A stretch of 63,251 nucleotides of DNA, counting the filler, from Globobulimina sp. (lineage: Eukaryota), in assembly GCA_003354225.1 (NCBI GenBank). It is 55 parts of 55 records of this genome, joined end to end, with 100 filler letters (N's around TTAATTAATTAA, not from the genome) between each part and the next. Parts side by side here need not be neighbours in the genome. Positions count along the whole stretch, not along the records: positions 10,378 to 11,430 come from PIVH01024773.1; positions 11,531 to 12,583 come from PIVH01024774.1; positions 12,684 to 13,736 come from PIVH01024775.1; positions 13,837 to 14,889 come from PIVH01024776.1; positions 14,990 to 16,041 come from PIVH01024777.1; positions 16,142 to 17,193 come from PIVH01024778.1; positions 17,294 to 18,345 come from PIVH01024779.1; positions 18,446 to 19,497 come from PIVH01024780.1; 47 more parts are not named here. One strand, 5' to 3'. Made by a program: the position numbers and the translations under genes. Below the pieces are notes generated by a model. The model was not told the origin of the DNA. It ran no database searches and saw nothing but the letters and a program-made list of their open reading frames with translations. Position 1 is the first letter of the stretch, and every line of letters begins with the position of its first letter. Positions 10,982 to 22,232 of this stretch are shown here, piece by piece.

Positions 10982-11428
10982 TCATGGTTCATCTCTTATT
11001 GTTTTTAAACAATCAAACATTAAATCTACTTGAGCCAGAATATCCTCCCCAATGGGTTGCGATTGACCGCCCCGCTCAACGAAGGCTTGGAAATCTCGTA
11101 TCAAGTGAGACCAACAAAGTTGCCGTCTTTCTTTATCCAGCCAATTATAGGCTGACCATCGGTCAGAGTTGACGATACCGGCAAATGTTTCCCCCAACAT
11201 TTCCTTCACTACCTTACCGCCACGACTACGACGAATCAAAAAGACGCTCAACTTTGTCGTTGTAGCAACCCATAGCCACGCTTTTTGATTTGCTTCGCGC
11301 CAGCCTGTTTCATCCATATGGACAGCGGCCTCTTTTTTTACCTCTTCCCTCGCTTCGGTAACTGCTTCGGCTATTGCTTCACTGGTTCTATGTTCTACTC
11401 TTGGTACTGTACCTGAACTCATAGATGC
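10982..11428 (-). mobile_element. Bacterial IS66-family transposase (TnpC) internal fragment
   Basis: VHMDETGWRE...WLWV...RSRG...SDRWSAY...QLCWSHLIRDF are IS66 DDE motifs; higher GC than the adjacent RGS DNA. Confidence 0.9.
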
Positions 11429-11551
11429 CTNNNNNNNNNNNNNNNNNNNNNNNNNNNNNNNNNNNNNNNNNNNNTTAATTAATTAANNNNNNNNNNNNNN
11501 NNNNNNNNNNNNNNNNNNNNNNNNNNNNNNATGCCAGGCAGCCAAGCTTAA

Positions 11552-12195
11552 GGTGGTGGTGGTGATTTATTGGGTGATTTGTTTGGTGGACCCTCCATAC
11601 CACACCTTCCAATAACAGCATGGGTGGAAGTGCTGATATATTTGGCTCGTTTAATATCGTCCAATCCCTCATCGTCCAGTGGCAATTCTTTAATGGGTAT
11701 AAACCGCGGCTTTGCTGCTCCTAAACAACAGTTAGGAGCAAAGGTAATGGGCTTCCCACGATCACATGAAACGGACCAAATATTATTTGACAATGGATCA
11801 TTGCAAGTCAGTTATTTTAAGATCTATAAACAACAGAAGTCGACATTATGCGTATTTATATCCAATGTATCTGCTCAAAATGTGTCTGGTATTCAAATAT
11901 CGGTCAAAAAGGATGCCTCGAAATGTCAGTTACAATTTGGGTTTGATGTGGCGAACAGCAGTCCATCGCCAAAATTGAAGAATGCGACCACTACCATCAT
12001 CGCACAGATAGATGGCGGGAAGACCGCGTGTCAAATGATCACGTTTGGATTATTAATCAAATAGTAATACCAATGCAACGTTTGGTTAAACCAATCCGCC
12101 GCAAATAGTGATACCATGCAACATTATATTGTCCATTGGTAATGACATATTGCCACCAATAAATTTACAAATATCGGATTTAATGAGACCCGGCA
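11552..12195 (+). pseudogene. Adaptin large-subunit hinge/appendage fragment (AP-4 epsilon-like), frameshifted
   Basis: GDLLGDLFGG hinge motif, ILFDNGSLQVSYFKIY...CVFISN beta-sandwich-like segment, and downstream LQISDLMRP in a broken frame. Confidence 0.45.
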
Positions 12196-12209
12196 TACAA
12201 CAGTTCATT

Positions 12210-12273
12210 GTGATGATAGCTTAAGGAAAGCATATATTTAAAGAAGATTTGGGTTCCAATCCCAATCATCACA
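12210..12273 (+). ncRNA. 64-nt minimal tRNA-like element, copy 1
   Basis: Acceptor GTGATGA/TCATCAC, D-arm GCTT/AAGC, T-arm TTGGG-TTCCAAT-CCCAA, shrunken anticodon arm, followed by TTTT; 59/64 identical to 14153-14216. Confidence 0.7.
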
Positions 12274-12938
12274 TTTTATTATTTTTGTTATTTAATTTTT
12301 GTTTGTGTTTCTGTTGTATATGTTTGTATACTTTGTAATTTTATATAAAAAAAACACATCAGTAATTCCACAAATATCAAACAAAAATTTATAACATGGA
12401 GTTTATGATGCTGTATTATCATTATTATGGAACCACCCATGCTTTTTATGGGTGTTTATGAGTATAATAATTTTCTGCAAGAGGTAATTTTGAAATGAAT
12501 TTTTGAATGTATATATAGTGATAGATGTTCCAAAGGGACAAGAATCACTTTTTGGAACGCTTGCAGCTAAAGCCCTTCGGTAGNNNNNNNNNNNNNNNNN
12601 NNNNNNNNNNNNNNNNNNNNNNNNNNNTTAATTAATTAANNNNNNNNNNNNNNNNNNNNNNNNNNNNNNNNNNNNNNNNNNNNTCTTTCTTGTGTTTTTT
12701 TATAATGGTGGAACGGATTTTTCAGCCTTTTGGAGGCATATATGAAATAATAATTATTGCCTTTGAATAACTTCGTTTGATTCAATTATATTTAGATACA
12801 ATAATTTTATTATACTTTCACAGCCTCTGGAGCATGGGAACGAGTCTTTTCAGACTTGACATGACACTACTTAAAATTACATGAGCAAATCAATCAACAC
12901 ACGCGGGGACTCAAATTACCATTCAACAATTTATCAAA

Positions 12939-12986
12939 TCAACCAATCAACCAATCAACGATTCAACCAATTAACGATTTAACTAA
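12939..12986 (+). repeat. Six degenerate 8-mers (TCAACCAA/TCAACGAT) directly upstream of the GT4 start codon
   Basis: tcaaccaa tcaaccaa tcaacgat tcaaccaa ttaacgat ttaactaa. Confidence 0.8.
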
Positions 12987-12992
12987 TAAATA

Positions 12993-13736
12993 ATGGATAA
13001 GGTCCGGGTAGCATATATCATTGATGAACTGGGCACAGGCGGGACCGAGAGACAATTAAAAAACTTGATTGAGGGATTAGACCGGTCTCGGTTTTTAGTA
13101 TCAGTTGTTTTGCTGAGAGGTGTGAAAGATCATCCATTAAAACCTGAAAATGTTAACATTTGTTATCTAAATATCACAAAAATATTCAGTTTTTCGGGTA
13201 TCAGGAAGATATTTTTATTATCGAAATTTTTTAAACAAGAGCAGTGTCAAATTGTTCAGACATTTTTTCAGGATGCTACTATTGTTGGATTCGTTGCTGC
13301 TAAATGGGCGGGGACAAAAAAGATTGTTATTTCGGTAAGAGATATGCTGTTTTGGTCTAAGCCGATGGTTCTTTTGATACATCAAATCATAATGCGCTGG
13401 TCTGATGCAATACTGGTCAATTCTGAATCAGTGAAAAATAAAGTCAAGCAGGTGAGCAGGAATAAGCGAATTAAAATTATATATAACGGGATAATTACCG
13501 GAAAAGAATTTGAAAAAAGTATAAGTGCCAATCATTCTGTCAAAAAAGAATTTTCAATCGCTGATGAGTTGCCTGTTGTTGTTTTAGTATCAAATTGTAA
13601 TCGACAGGTAAAACGGGTTGATTTACTTGTTGAAAGTATACCTCTTGTCGTTAAGGAAATCCCGGCATATTTTCTAATAGTTGGAGATGGCTGGATGAGG
13701 CCACAACTGGAAAAGAGCGCTGCCGAGTTAAAGATA
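12993..13736 (+). CDS. Bacterial GT4 (GT-B) glycosyltransferase, LPS/EPS biosynthesis type, 3' truncated
   Basis: IIDELGTGGTERQL, LDRSRF, ILVNSESV, IIYNGI, KRVDLL, IVGDG; intronless. Confidence 0.9.
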
Positions 13737-14152
13737 NNNNNNNNNNNNNNNNNNNNNNNNNNNNNNNNNNNNNNNNNNNNTTAATTAATTAANNNNNNNN
13801 NNNNNNNNNNNNNNNNNNNNNNNNNNNNNNNNNNNNACTCGTTTCTATACATTTGACTACTTAGTTAGTTACTTGAGTTGTTTATATTCGACTATGTTTG
13901 ACTGTATGAAAGTAGATGCTAGAGTTTCCGCGCACCCTCTTACCAGGGTGAGGTTGACGCAGAGGAATTCGAACAGCAATCACGGCGCCATTAATATTCT
14001 GAGTGTGGCTGACGACGATATAAAGGCGAATGACGTGGCGAGCAATCCGCTTTATTTCTGGCATCAATTGGAAGATTGGAGAGTGTCCACCCACCAATGT
14101 AATGACAATGGAGTGTGATCTAATTTGTTGTGATGAATGTGATGAATTTAAT

Positions 14153-14216
14153 GTGATGATAGCTTAACAAAAGCATCTAATTAAAGAAGATTTGGGTTCA
14201 AATCCCAATCATCACA
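14153..14216 (+). ncRNA. 64-nt minimal tRNA-like element, copy 2
   Basis: Same cloverleaf as copy 1; perfect B-box GGTTCAAATCC; followed by T6; preceded by two extra TGTGATGA units. Confidence 0.7.
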
Positions 14217-14453
14217 TTTTTTGTTTGTATTTATGTTTCTAATAAATTTGTTAGAATTTATTCGGTGTTTCCCCAAAATAGAAGATTAGAATTGATTCAA
14301 GCAAGAATATTTTTATACTTTTGACTTTTTAGGTTCACACTTCTAAACACTTTTTGGATTGACTTAACGATAAGTTGTATACATTTAATTCAATTATCTG
14401 AGAAACGCTTTGCAAATCCAGAAACAGTTTGCTATATGTTTGTCTTGGGTTTG

Positions 14454-14568
14454 TTCTGTGTTTGTTATAACTTTGTCTTGGGTTTGCAAATCCAGAACAA
14501 AGTTAGAACAAATTTATAATTGAATTTTCGGTATACAAAGGGGGGGGGGTTATCTTTTGGAATATATC
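14454..14568 (+). repeat. Dispersed repeat family B, copy 1
   Basis: Near-identical reverse complement of 57214-57351; diverged copies at 18235-18329 and 30378-30422 (core GGATTTGCAAACCCAAGAC). Confidence 0.9.
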
Positions 14569-14989
14569 TTTTAGTTTTTAAAGTTTTTTTGCAGGGCCCT
14601 AAATGTAGTCTAATGTAGGTGCAAAAAGCTTTAAAAAACTTAGTCAATCACAAAACACAGTTGCCAATCAGTTAGAACTCGGAACTTCAGAAAACTAGTA
14701 ATTTATTTCAACAATGCTGTCGTCTTTTTAGGGCTTAATTTTTGCTGTAAAGCTGGGATATGCATTACCATCACCAGTACTATCATCTGTATCAATCCTA
14801 CCATCGTTCGACCAAGAAACGAATTCCTACTATTTACATCACCAATGTCCATGAACTAATTATCTTCGTTCATCTGTGGCAGGATTGATNNNNNNNNNNN
14901 NNNNNNNNNNNNNNNNNNNNNNNNNNNNNNNNNTTAATTAATTAANNNNNNNNNNNNNNNNNNNNNNNNNNNNNNNNNNNNNNNNNNNN

Positions 14990-15319
14990 TTTAAACCAGA
15001 TGTTAATGACCCTTCTGATGGATTGATTGTATTCCTTCAAAATTTTGTAAATGCTGATATTAATGATGGCATATTTGCGCATGGAACTAAACCAAAACAT
15101 TTTTGTATTTATAATGAAGCCGCAAATTTTGCATATTGTAGAGGCGGCTGTGGAGAACAAAAGACATTTTTTGAGCTTGAAGCAGGTGATGTATTGATCT
15201 GTGCGAAAGACGCAGCATATTACGCTCCACATAAAGCTGAGAACGTTGATAAATGGACCAGAACGTTGATAAATGAACTCTCTCTCATGCGACGCAAACA
15301 AATCCCACGAATAATATAA
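14990..15319 (+). CDS. Hypothetical protein C-terminal fragment
   Basis: Frame open from contig start (FKPDVNDPSDGLIVF...) with protein-like composition; no recognised motif. Confidence 0.4.
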   Translation, partial: FKPDVNDPSDGLIVFLQNFVNADINDGIFAHGTKPKHFCIYNEAANFAYCRGGCGEQKTFFELEAGDVLICAKDAAYYAPHKAENVDKWTRTLINELSLMRRKQIPRII

Positions 15320-15844
15320 TCCCACTTTGCGCGATGTATCGCTTCTTCGCTGCCAGAATAAAACAAACAGAACATAAAAAATACAGAATATAAAAAATAT
15401 ACAGAACATAAAAAATAATTTTAATGATTATAAATGGATTTGGTGGTTTATTGTAAGTATGTGTTTAAAAAATTTGCAGGGTTTGAGGATACTATCAAGA
15501 AATAACACGACTGCTCACCGTATCGGAAGTGGCCGAAGGGACTACAATATAGCCTTTGCAGCAGGCACTTACCGTACCCAATAACTAATGTGATAAGCCA
15601 CAATGCACCATGTCACTCGATGACAATACGGACTCAATCCACAAAGTCGAGCTACTCCTCAAAAGAGTGCATCCGCAGTGAGGGACCGATGGACGGTGTC
15701 AGTGGACATGCAGCGAGTTAACAAGACGATGCTTCATAAGCGGTACGAGCCAAAGAAGAGATCGACGGACAGTGTGACCCGTATATAGTCACAATTAGCT
15801 ATTGGGCCAGTTTTTAATTGTTTATATTTGCGTATAATTCCATT

Positions 15845-15921
15845 GTGCGCGATCTGTCGATGTTGCGCGTCTGTCATTGTTGCGCGATCTGTCATTGTTG
15901 AACGAGATGTCATTGTTATAA
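15845..15921. repeat. Degenerate ~18-nt tandem repeat (TTGCGCGATCTGTCATTG)
   Basis: About four units visible; reads NNDRSR-like on the minus strand. Confidence 0.6.
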
Positions 15922-16229
15922 ATTGTAAATGATAGGTCTGCGAATTTGCGTGATGGTGACATGTCATTGTGCGAGATCCATTGATACCATTGCGCGATGC
16001 CATAATGCTAGAATAACTCATTTGTGTATATGTACGGTTTANNNNNNNNNNNNNNNNNNNNNNNNNNNNNNNNNNNNNNNNNNNNTTAATTAATTAANNN
16101 NNNNNNNNNNNNNNNNNNNNNNNNNNNNNNNNNNNNNNNNNTTGTATTGTTTTTGAATGGTCAACATTTTTATTTTCTTATTGCTGATTAACAAAAAGCA
16201 ATGTGTTTGATAATTAACAAACAAACGAA

Positions 16230-17160
16230 CGTGTACAGAGCAGCGTTTCTGCAAATTTGGCCGCATGGCGAAACAATAAACATATGTCCTCTGGAGTAGT
16301 GTGGCATTGGTCCTTTTCCACCAAGATTTTTTGAACATTTTGACTCCCCTGCTTTTTTGGTAAAATCTACTGAACGAAGAACTTTTCCAAACTTAGACAC
16401 GTCATCTGCAAGGCATAAGATCAATATAGGCAGATACAGATATAAGAGGTAATCTGTTTCTATACCCTTTACTAGTTCACCATTTTTCTTTAGTGTTTCA
16501 TGCACACTTTCCATTGCTATTTCTAAAAGTTTAAAATAATGGAATGATGTTGGCATTCATGGAATTTAATTTACAAACTTTTTGATCGAGTAATGGGACC
16601 GTCCATGCAAGATTTACCACTGGTTTCATTATCAATGTTTACTGTATCATCATCATCATCATCTGAAGAGCATTATCAGTGAAAATAAAGAAAATTTAAA
16701 AAAATTGATGATATACCAGATGAATCACTGCTAGCTCTTTCATGTTCAATCTCAGCCACAACTTCAGTGTTGGCTATTTCATCTGTTTGCATATCTGAAG
16801 AGACAAGAATAGATCTCCACAATATCATTACCTATGTGATTCTGCTACCTTCCAGAGCCCTTTTTTTAACATCTGTTCTTTGACATTTTTCGATAAATTG
16901 TCTCAGATTTGTAGGCCACTGCTTCTTTTCCATAATTTTTGAGTGCTCTGAACAGAATGCTTTTCCTGCCAGTGGCTGATTTTGGCAATTGGTTGGTACA
17001 TTTATGCCTGGCACTGGTGATTCATGCAACTTCTGCAACAATAAAAAACTTAAATTCATGAAAAATTCAAAAACTTCTGCAAATACAGCACCAGAAACAT
17101 GCATACTCCATATTTGAGTTTCCAATTTCCATCTGCTATTGCATACCATTCACACCCTGT
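16230..17160 (-). mobile_element. Intron-rich CxC5/CxC6-associated KDZ (Kyakuja-Dileera-Zisupton)-like transposase fragment
   Basis: Spliced motifs GCEWYAIADGNWKLKYGVCM, CQNQPLAGKAFCSEH, and KCSK...SRGHMFIVSPCGQI...LY; four or more ~55-60 nt GT-AG introns restore the frame. Confidence 0.6.
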
Positions 17161-17294
17161 ACACATACAATAACTTGTTGTTGTCTTTGACAGNNNNNNN
17201 NNNNNNNNNNNNNNNNNNNNNNNNNNNNNNNNNNNNNTTAATTAATTAANNNNNNNNNNNNNNNNNNNNNNNNNNNNNNNNNNNNNNNNNNNNG

Positions 17295-18186
17295 TCTAAA
17301 CCAGTGGAAAATGATGAAATGGGCTTATTTAATTACGAGGATATAACAGCACCAATGCTCGGAAATAATATAAATAATAATTCAAAAATAGATATGACAT
17401 CATCTATAGGCCAAGGAAGTAATGGTAACAATAAAGATACGGAGAATGATCTAAATGCATCAAATGCAAGTTGTTGGCACATAGAATACTATCAACCTTA
17501 TTTTGATATCGATACTAATCAGGAACTCCAACGCTTAACTAAAGCATTACTACCTTTTACCGGTGGCGAATTTTTTGATCCAGAATTGAATGAGAAGCCA
17601 GATCTGTATGTAATTAATATTTTAATTTTAATTTCTAATTGTTGCGCATATGCGCAATATATATATAAATAATAAATAATCGATCATATGATATACGTAT
17701 AGTTACGGTCCATTTTGGATAATCACAACATTGGCATTTTTAATGGCAGCAATGGGCAATTTTTCAGCGTATATAAATTCAAATGAGGATACAATTGGTG
17801 AAGGCGAATGGAGTGGAGATATAACACGAATATCCGAAGCAGCCTCATTTTTATATACTGGAAGTTCAATTGTGCCAATATTGTTATACGTAATCTTAAA
17901 AACCTATAATGTAGAACTTGGTTTAATTTGTTTAATATCATACTATGGATATTCTTTAATGCCGTTTGTTGTCGCATGCATTTTATGTATAATACCATGG
18001 AATATATTTGATTGGATTGTGGTATCATTAGCTATGTCTTTATCCATTTTGTTTTTAATTAAAAATATATATAAGCCATTATCGGAAGAGAAGAAAGCAA
18101 GGCCTGGATTTTATATTTTACTCATTATTATTGGGTGTCAATTTATTTTAGCCTTAGCGCTTAAACTCTATTTTTTCAAATTCTAA
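17295..18186 (+). CDS. Yip1-domain Golgi protein (YIPF1/2-like), 5' truncated; intron 17606-17702
   Basis: EYYQPYFDIDT...KPDL|YGPFWIITTL...GNFS, YGYSL, five TM segments. Confidence 0.92.
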
Positions 18187-18234
18187 TTTAATTTTAAAAT
18201 TGTAATTTGTGCGATCGTTGATCAATTAAACGAC

Positions 18235-18329
18235 ATATTCCATTGGATAACCCCCACCTTGTATACATTTGGTTCAATTATAAATTTGTTCGGATTTGCA
18301 AACCCAAGACGTACAAAGTTATAACAAAT
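18235..18329 (-). repeat. Dispersed repeat family B, diverged copy
   Basis: GATAACCCCC...TTCAATTATAAATTTGTTC...GGATTTGCAAACCCAAGAC...AAAGTTATAACAAA. Confidence 0.8.
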
Positions 18330-18445
18330 CTACAACAGCAAACCANNNNNNNNNNNNNNNNNNNNNNNNNNNNNNNNNNNNNNNNNNNNTTAATTAATTA
18401 ANNNNNNNNNNNNNNNNNNNNNNNNNNNNNNNNNNNNNNNNNNNN

Positions 18446-19497
18446 CACTAAACACATTATACATATTATAATAAAAAGAAGCAACATTAATGATATTGCA
18501 ATGATGAATAAATTGTTATTTTCAGATTGAACACCTGCTGCCATTTTGGATATTGATTCTTCAGTGGTTGTCGCAAGAATGGATGCAATCTGCGTTGTAA
18601 TTGTTGTGTGAATATCTGATGGCACATAGGTCGGATTCAACGTTGATATCATACTGGGATATATTGTTGGATTTGTTGTTGGATTTGTTGTCGGATTTGA
18701 TGTGCGATATATTGTTGGATTTGTTGTTGGGCAATTTTTTGTAGACTGAAATGACGGCCGTATGTGTGGGGTGATGCCATTTAAAACATGGCATGGATGC
18801 ATACCATAACGATGCACTTCATTTTCATTAATGATATTTAGAGCACATTCAGAATAATTCAAATATGTTATATCTAATTTCGATGAATAATACGATAAAC
18901 TCAAATTAAACCACAACATATTAACATAAAAATCATATTTTGCAGAGTTATTATTAAATATCAGATCAATCACAAACTGAAACGTATTATTATGATCAAT
19001 GGCATTGTATTCGCATAAATATAGTGAATAACCATTTTGATTGAACTGTGTGTCAATGAGAGCATCACATGGATCCAATGCGAATTGTGTGCGATCAAAA
19101 TCTTGACAGATATCAAATAAAATTATATTGCCCCACTCGGTTAAACTTGTTTTATTCATTGTACTGTCATTATCAATCCACGTGCACAATATATCACATT
19201 TATAATCAATCCAATTGTTATCAATACTAAACGCAACATCAGCCATTATTTTCATGCCTCCACCACATTGACAGCATGTTTCCATCGCAGTAAACTGATA
19301 AATAGGGTCAGAAAAGGGATAAAAATCATTTTTAGGTTTTAAAATACTGTTATTTTTGCACCAACTGTGCGATTCATAAAAATAACATTGATCACCAACA
19401 ATATCGGTCCAATCCAATGGGAAATCAAAACATTTAACTTCAAAATCAAAATATCCGATAATTGATTCATGCGTAGAATCTTCAATTTTAATATCAC
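18446..19497 (-). CDS. Type I membrane surface protein with a Cys motif (CCQCGGG), TNPT mucin-like stalk and TM helix; both ends truncated
   Basis: WTDIVGDQCYFYESHSWC...AMETCCQCGGG; 12-nt repeat encoding TNPT; C-terminal hydrophobic helix. Confidence 0.7.
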
Positions 19498-19602
19498 NNN
19501 NNNNNNNNNNNNNNNNNNNNNNNNNNNNNNNNNNNNNNNNNTTAATTAATTAANNNNNNNNNNNNNNNNNNNNNNNNNNNNNNNNNNNNNNNNNNNNATA
19601 TG

Positions 19603-20649
19603 TCACAAGTATTGAAATCTTCCGCGAAGAGTTCTAAACCTGACCCCAAACAATTTCGTTTCTTGATAATTTTGTTTATTTATCCGTTTCACCAATTTCA
19701 TGTCTTGCGAATTTGCATCGGTCTCAACCACGCACATTAACTGTCCTCCAATCTTCAATTGCTGTCTTAATAATGTTGCATCATGTTTTGTGATTGCCGC
19801 ACCACAATATATCCCATCAAAATTAGATTCTTCTTTTAAACCGATATCATTCACATTCGTATCACTCTGATGAAAGGATAATATGTCACTTAAATCCATT
19901 CGTTTACATGCATTCTGTGCTTGTTTTAATAATTGTGGATGATAGACACAACCATATGCTTTAAATGTTACATTGCTTTTATTAATATTCATATTTAATA
20001 ACAGTGCCACAGCCATTAAACTCGCCACATAGCCAGTACCACACCCAACATCTAAGAATTTAACACCAGCATCGCCATAGGTTGACTCTAATAAATATTC
20101 AAATTGTTTCAATGCATAAATATGAATATGCGGAGCAGATAAACTAACTCCATAATTTATATTAATCGGCGAATCTTTCGAACAGCAATGCTCTTTTTCC
20201 TTGTCTGGAACAAACAACTTCCGATCAACACGACCTATACAACCATTAATTTGCAACAAAAACAATATTAATATATACAGTATAACTCAACTGAATACAT
20301 CAAGCAATTTATCTGAAAAATCATTTTGTGATTTCATTGTCACAAATAATTGTTCCACTGCTTCAATCCGCGGCAATGCTCGTATCAATTGTTGCTGATT
20401 CACCATTGGTTTAATTGATAACTTATCATTGGTTTTCATCACCAATGGCGCAGATAATACGGATGTACCATACTTATTATATGAGCATACTAACATTTTA
20501 TAAGTAGTTGCTTCTTTTAAATCTGTTAAACTATGACTTGTCGGCGACGCTGTATCCTCGATTGCATCTTGTATAAAATTCGAAATATCTTTGTCATCGT
20601 CATCGCATTTCTCATCATCGGCATTCATAACACGATAATATAAAATATA
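19603..20649 (-). CDS. FN3-like segment fused to a protein-L-isoaspartate O-methyltransferase (PIMT/PCMT)-like domain; intron 20235-20291; 5' truncated
   Basis: LTDLKEATTYKMLVCSYNKYGTS (FN3 E-F-G strands); spliced VFS|RVDRKLFVP, SLSAPHIH, FLDVGCGTGY, FDGIYCGAA, QQLKIGGQL. Confidence 0.8.
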
Positions 20650-20749
20650 NNNNNNNNNNNNNNNNNNNNNNNNNNNNNNNNNNNNNNNNNNNNTTAATTA
20701 ATTAANNNNNNNNNNNNNNNNNNNNNNNNNNNNNNNNNNNNNNNNNNNN

Positions 20750-21395
20750 TCAATATGACGCTGGTTTGTTGCAAGCAATAGTCTTTTACCTGCTCCTTAA
20801 TCCAATCAGTCCACCAGTCTCTGTATGATACATTCTCTGATGTCTTTTCAATGATTTGTTTGTGTAAACCTTCCCAATTCATTGCTTTACGTACACTCTC
20901 ATCAATGACCAATGATTGCTCTTCATCCATTCTTCGAAATGCCGCATCCCATGACATTACAAATAAATTACGAAATACTGTCGCACCATAAAGAAGTTTA
21001 ATAACTTCCGATTTAAATTTCATTGATTCCACTTCTTTGTGCTCCTTATTACAATTATAAAACTTTGGCATTAATAACTTATTTAATCCATTCACCCACA
21101 TTCTGACCATATCATTTTCTCGCGCTTGCAACGACAAACAAGTTCCATCGCAGAGCAGAATTGATAATGTTGACCTATTATCATGTCCAATCTCCAGATA
21201 AATACGTTTAATATGTTTAAATCTGACTGAATTCGCTGATCGCATCTCCTTGATATTTGCTGCCTGAATTTGATAACTGACACCATTTTTAAATCTCATC
21301 CATTTTATTAAATATGGTCTGACGATCCTGTGCTTGAAATATGTATATTCAACTTTAAGTATTATTGATGTGAGCATGATGAGTACATCGATCAC
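20750..21395 (-). CDS. PH-domain-like protein fragment (probable intron near 21358-21411)
   Basis: TLSILLCDGTCLSLQARENDMVRMWVNGLNKLL fits PH strands 6-7 and the C-terminal Trp helix. Confidence 0.55.
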
Positions 21396-22232
21396 GCATA
21401 TTCTTACTTACGATATTCTCTCATATGACTTTAAAATGGGCGTTGCTACATCAATATTTGGTGAATTATATTTTTTAGCTGGTAGCTTAATAATGACATC
21501 GGGGATGTTATTCATATTTACTTTTTTTTCTTGTCTCTTTTTAAGGTTGTTACTAGAGCGTACTAGTGTATTTTCTCAATCACTTGCAATATATTTTATT
21601 GTTTTCTTTTCTTTATACTTTAATGAAGGAGTTATATTATTATCATTAAAATATCAGGTGTTTACCATTTTGTTATTTATAATTATGTATAAATTTTTCT
21701 TTACAAGAAGGAGTGCTAGCTTTGCAAAAGAACTTTAAAGTTTTCGCAATTTCACAATTCCATGTATTTCAATTAGCTAAAATACTTAAAGAAAAAGGCC
21801 TNNNNNNNNNNNNNNNNNNNNNNNNNNNNNNNNNNNNNNNNNNNNTTAATTAATTAANNNNNNNNNNNNNNNNNNNNNNNNNNNNNNNNNNNNNNNNNNN
21901 NGCGGGCATTGTATTTAAATAAAATATTACCAAACAATAGTGATTCTGAGGAACGTAGAAATTGGTTGATTGCATATAAAGAAAAGAAAATACAAACCGA
22001 TGTTTGGATTGGTAGATTATTTGAAAATGATAAAATTACCGGAACATCAATGCATATGAGTTTTAATAAAATTATTCTGCGTGTTAATGATTCAAATACT
22101 GCACCACAAACAGGAACAGGATGGCAAAAAGTATATAAACAATGTTTCAAAGCAAATGCTGCTGGCTTTGTACAGCGCATTGCAGCTGAATTTTTTTTCT
22201 ATAGATAGAGATTTTAGTTGGCTTTCAAGTTT

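Noticed and set aside
14153-14216. 64-nt element as an ochre suppressor (TTA) or Leu (TAA) tRNA
   Set aside because: No 5-bp anticodon stem or 7-nt loop, so no anticodon can be assigned; conserved genes here end normally at TAA
15480-15790. GC-rich non-coding stretch as an HDV-like ribozyme
   Set aside because: Could not fit P1, P1.1 and P2 on either strand; left unassigned
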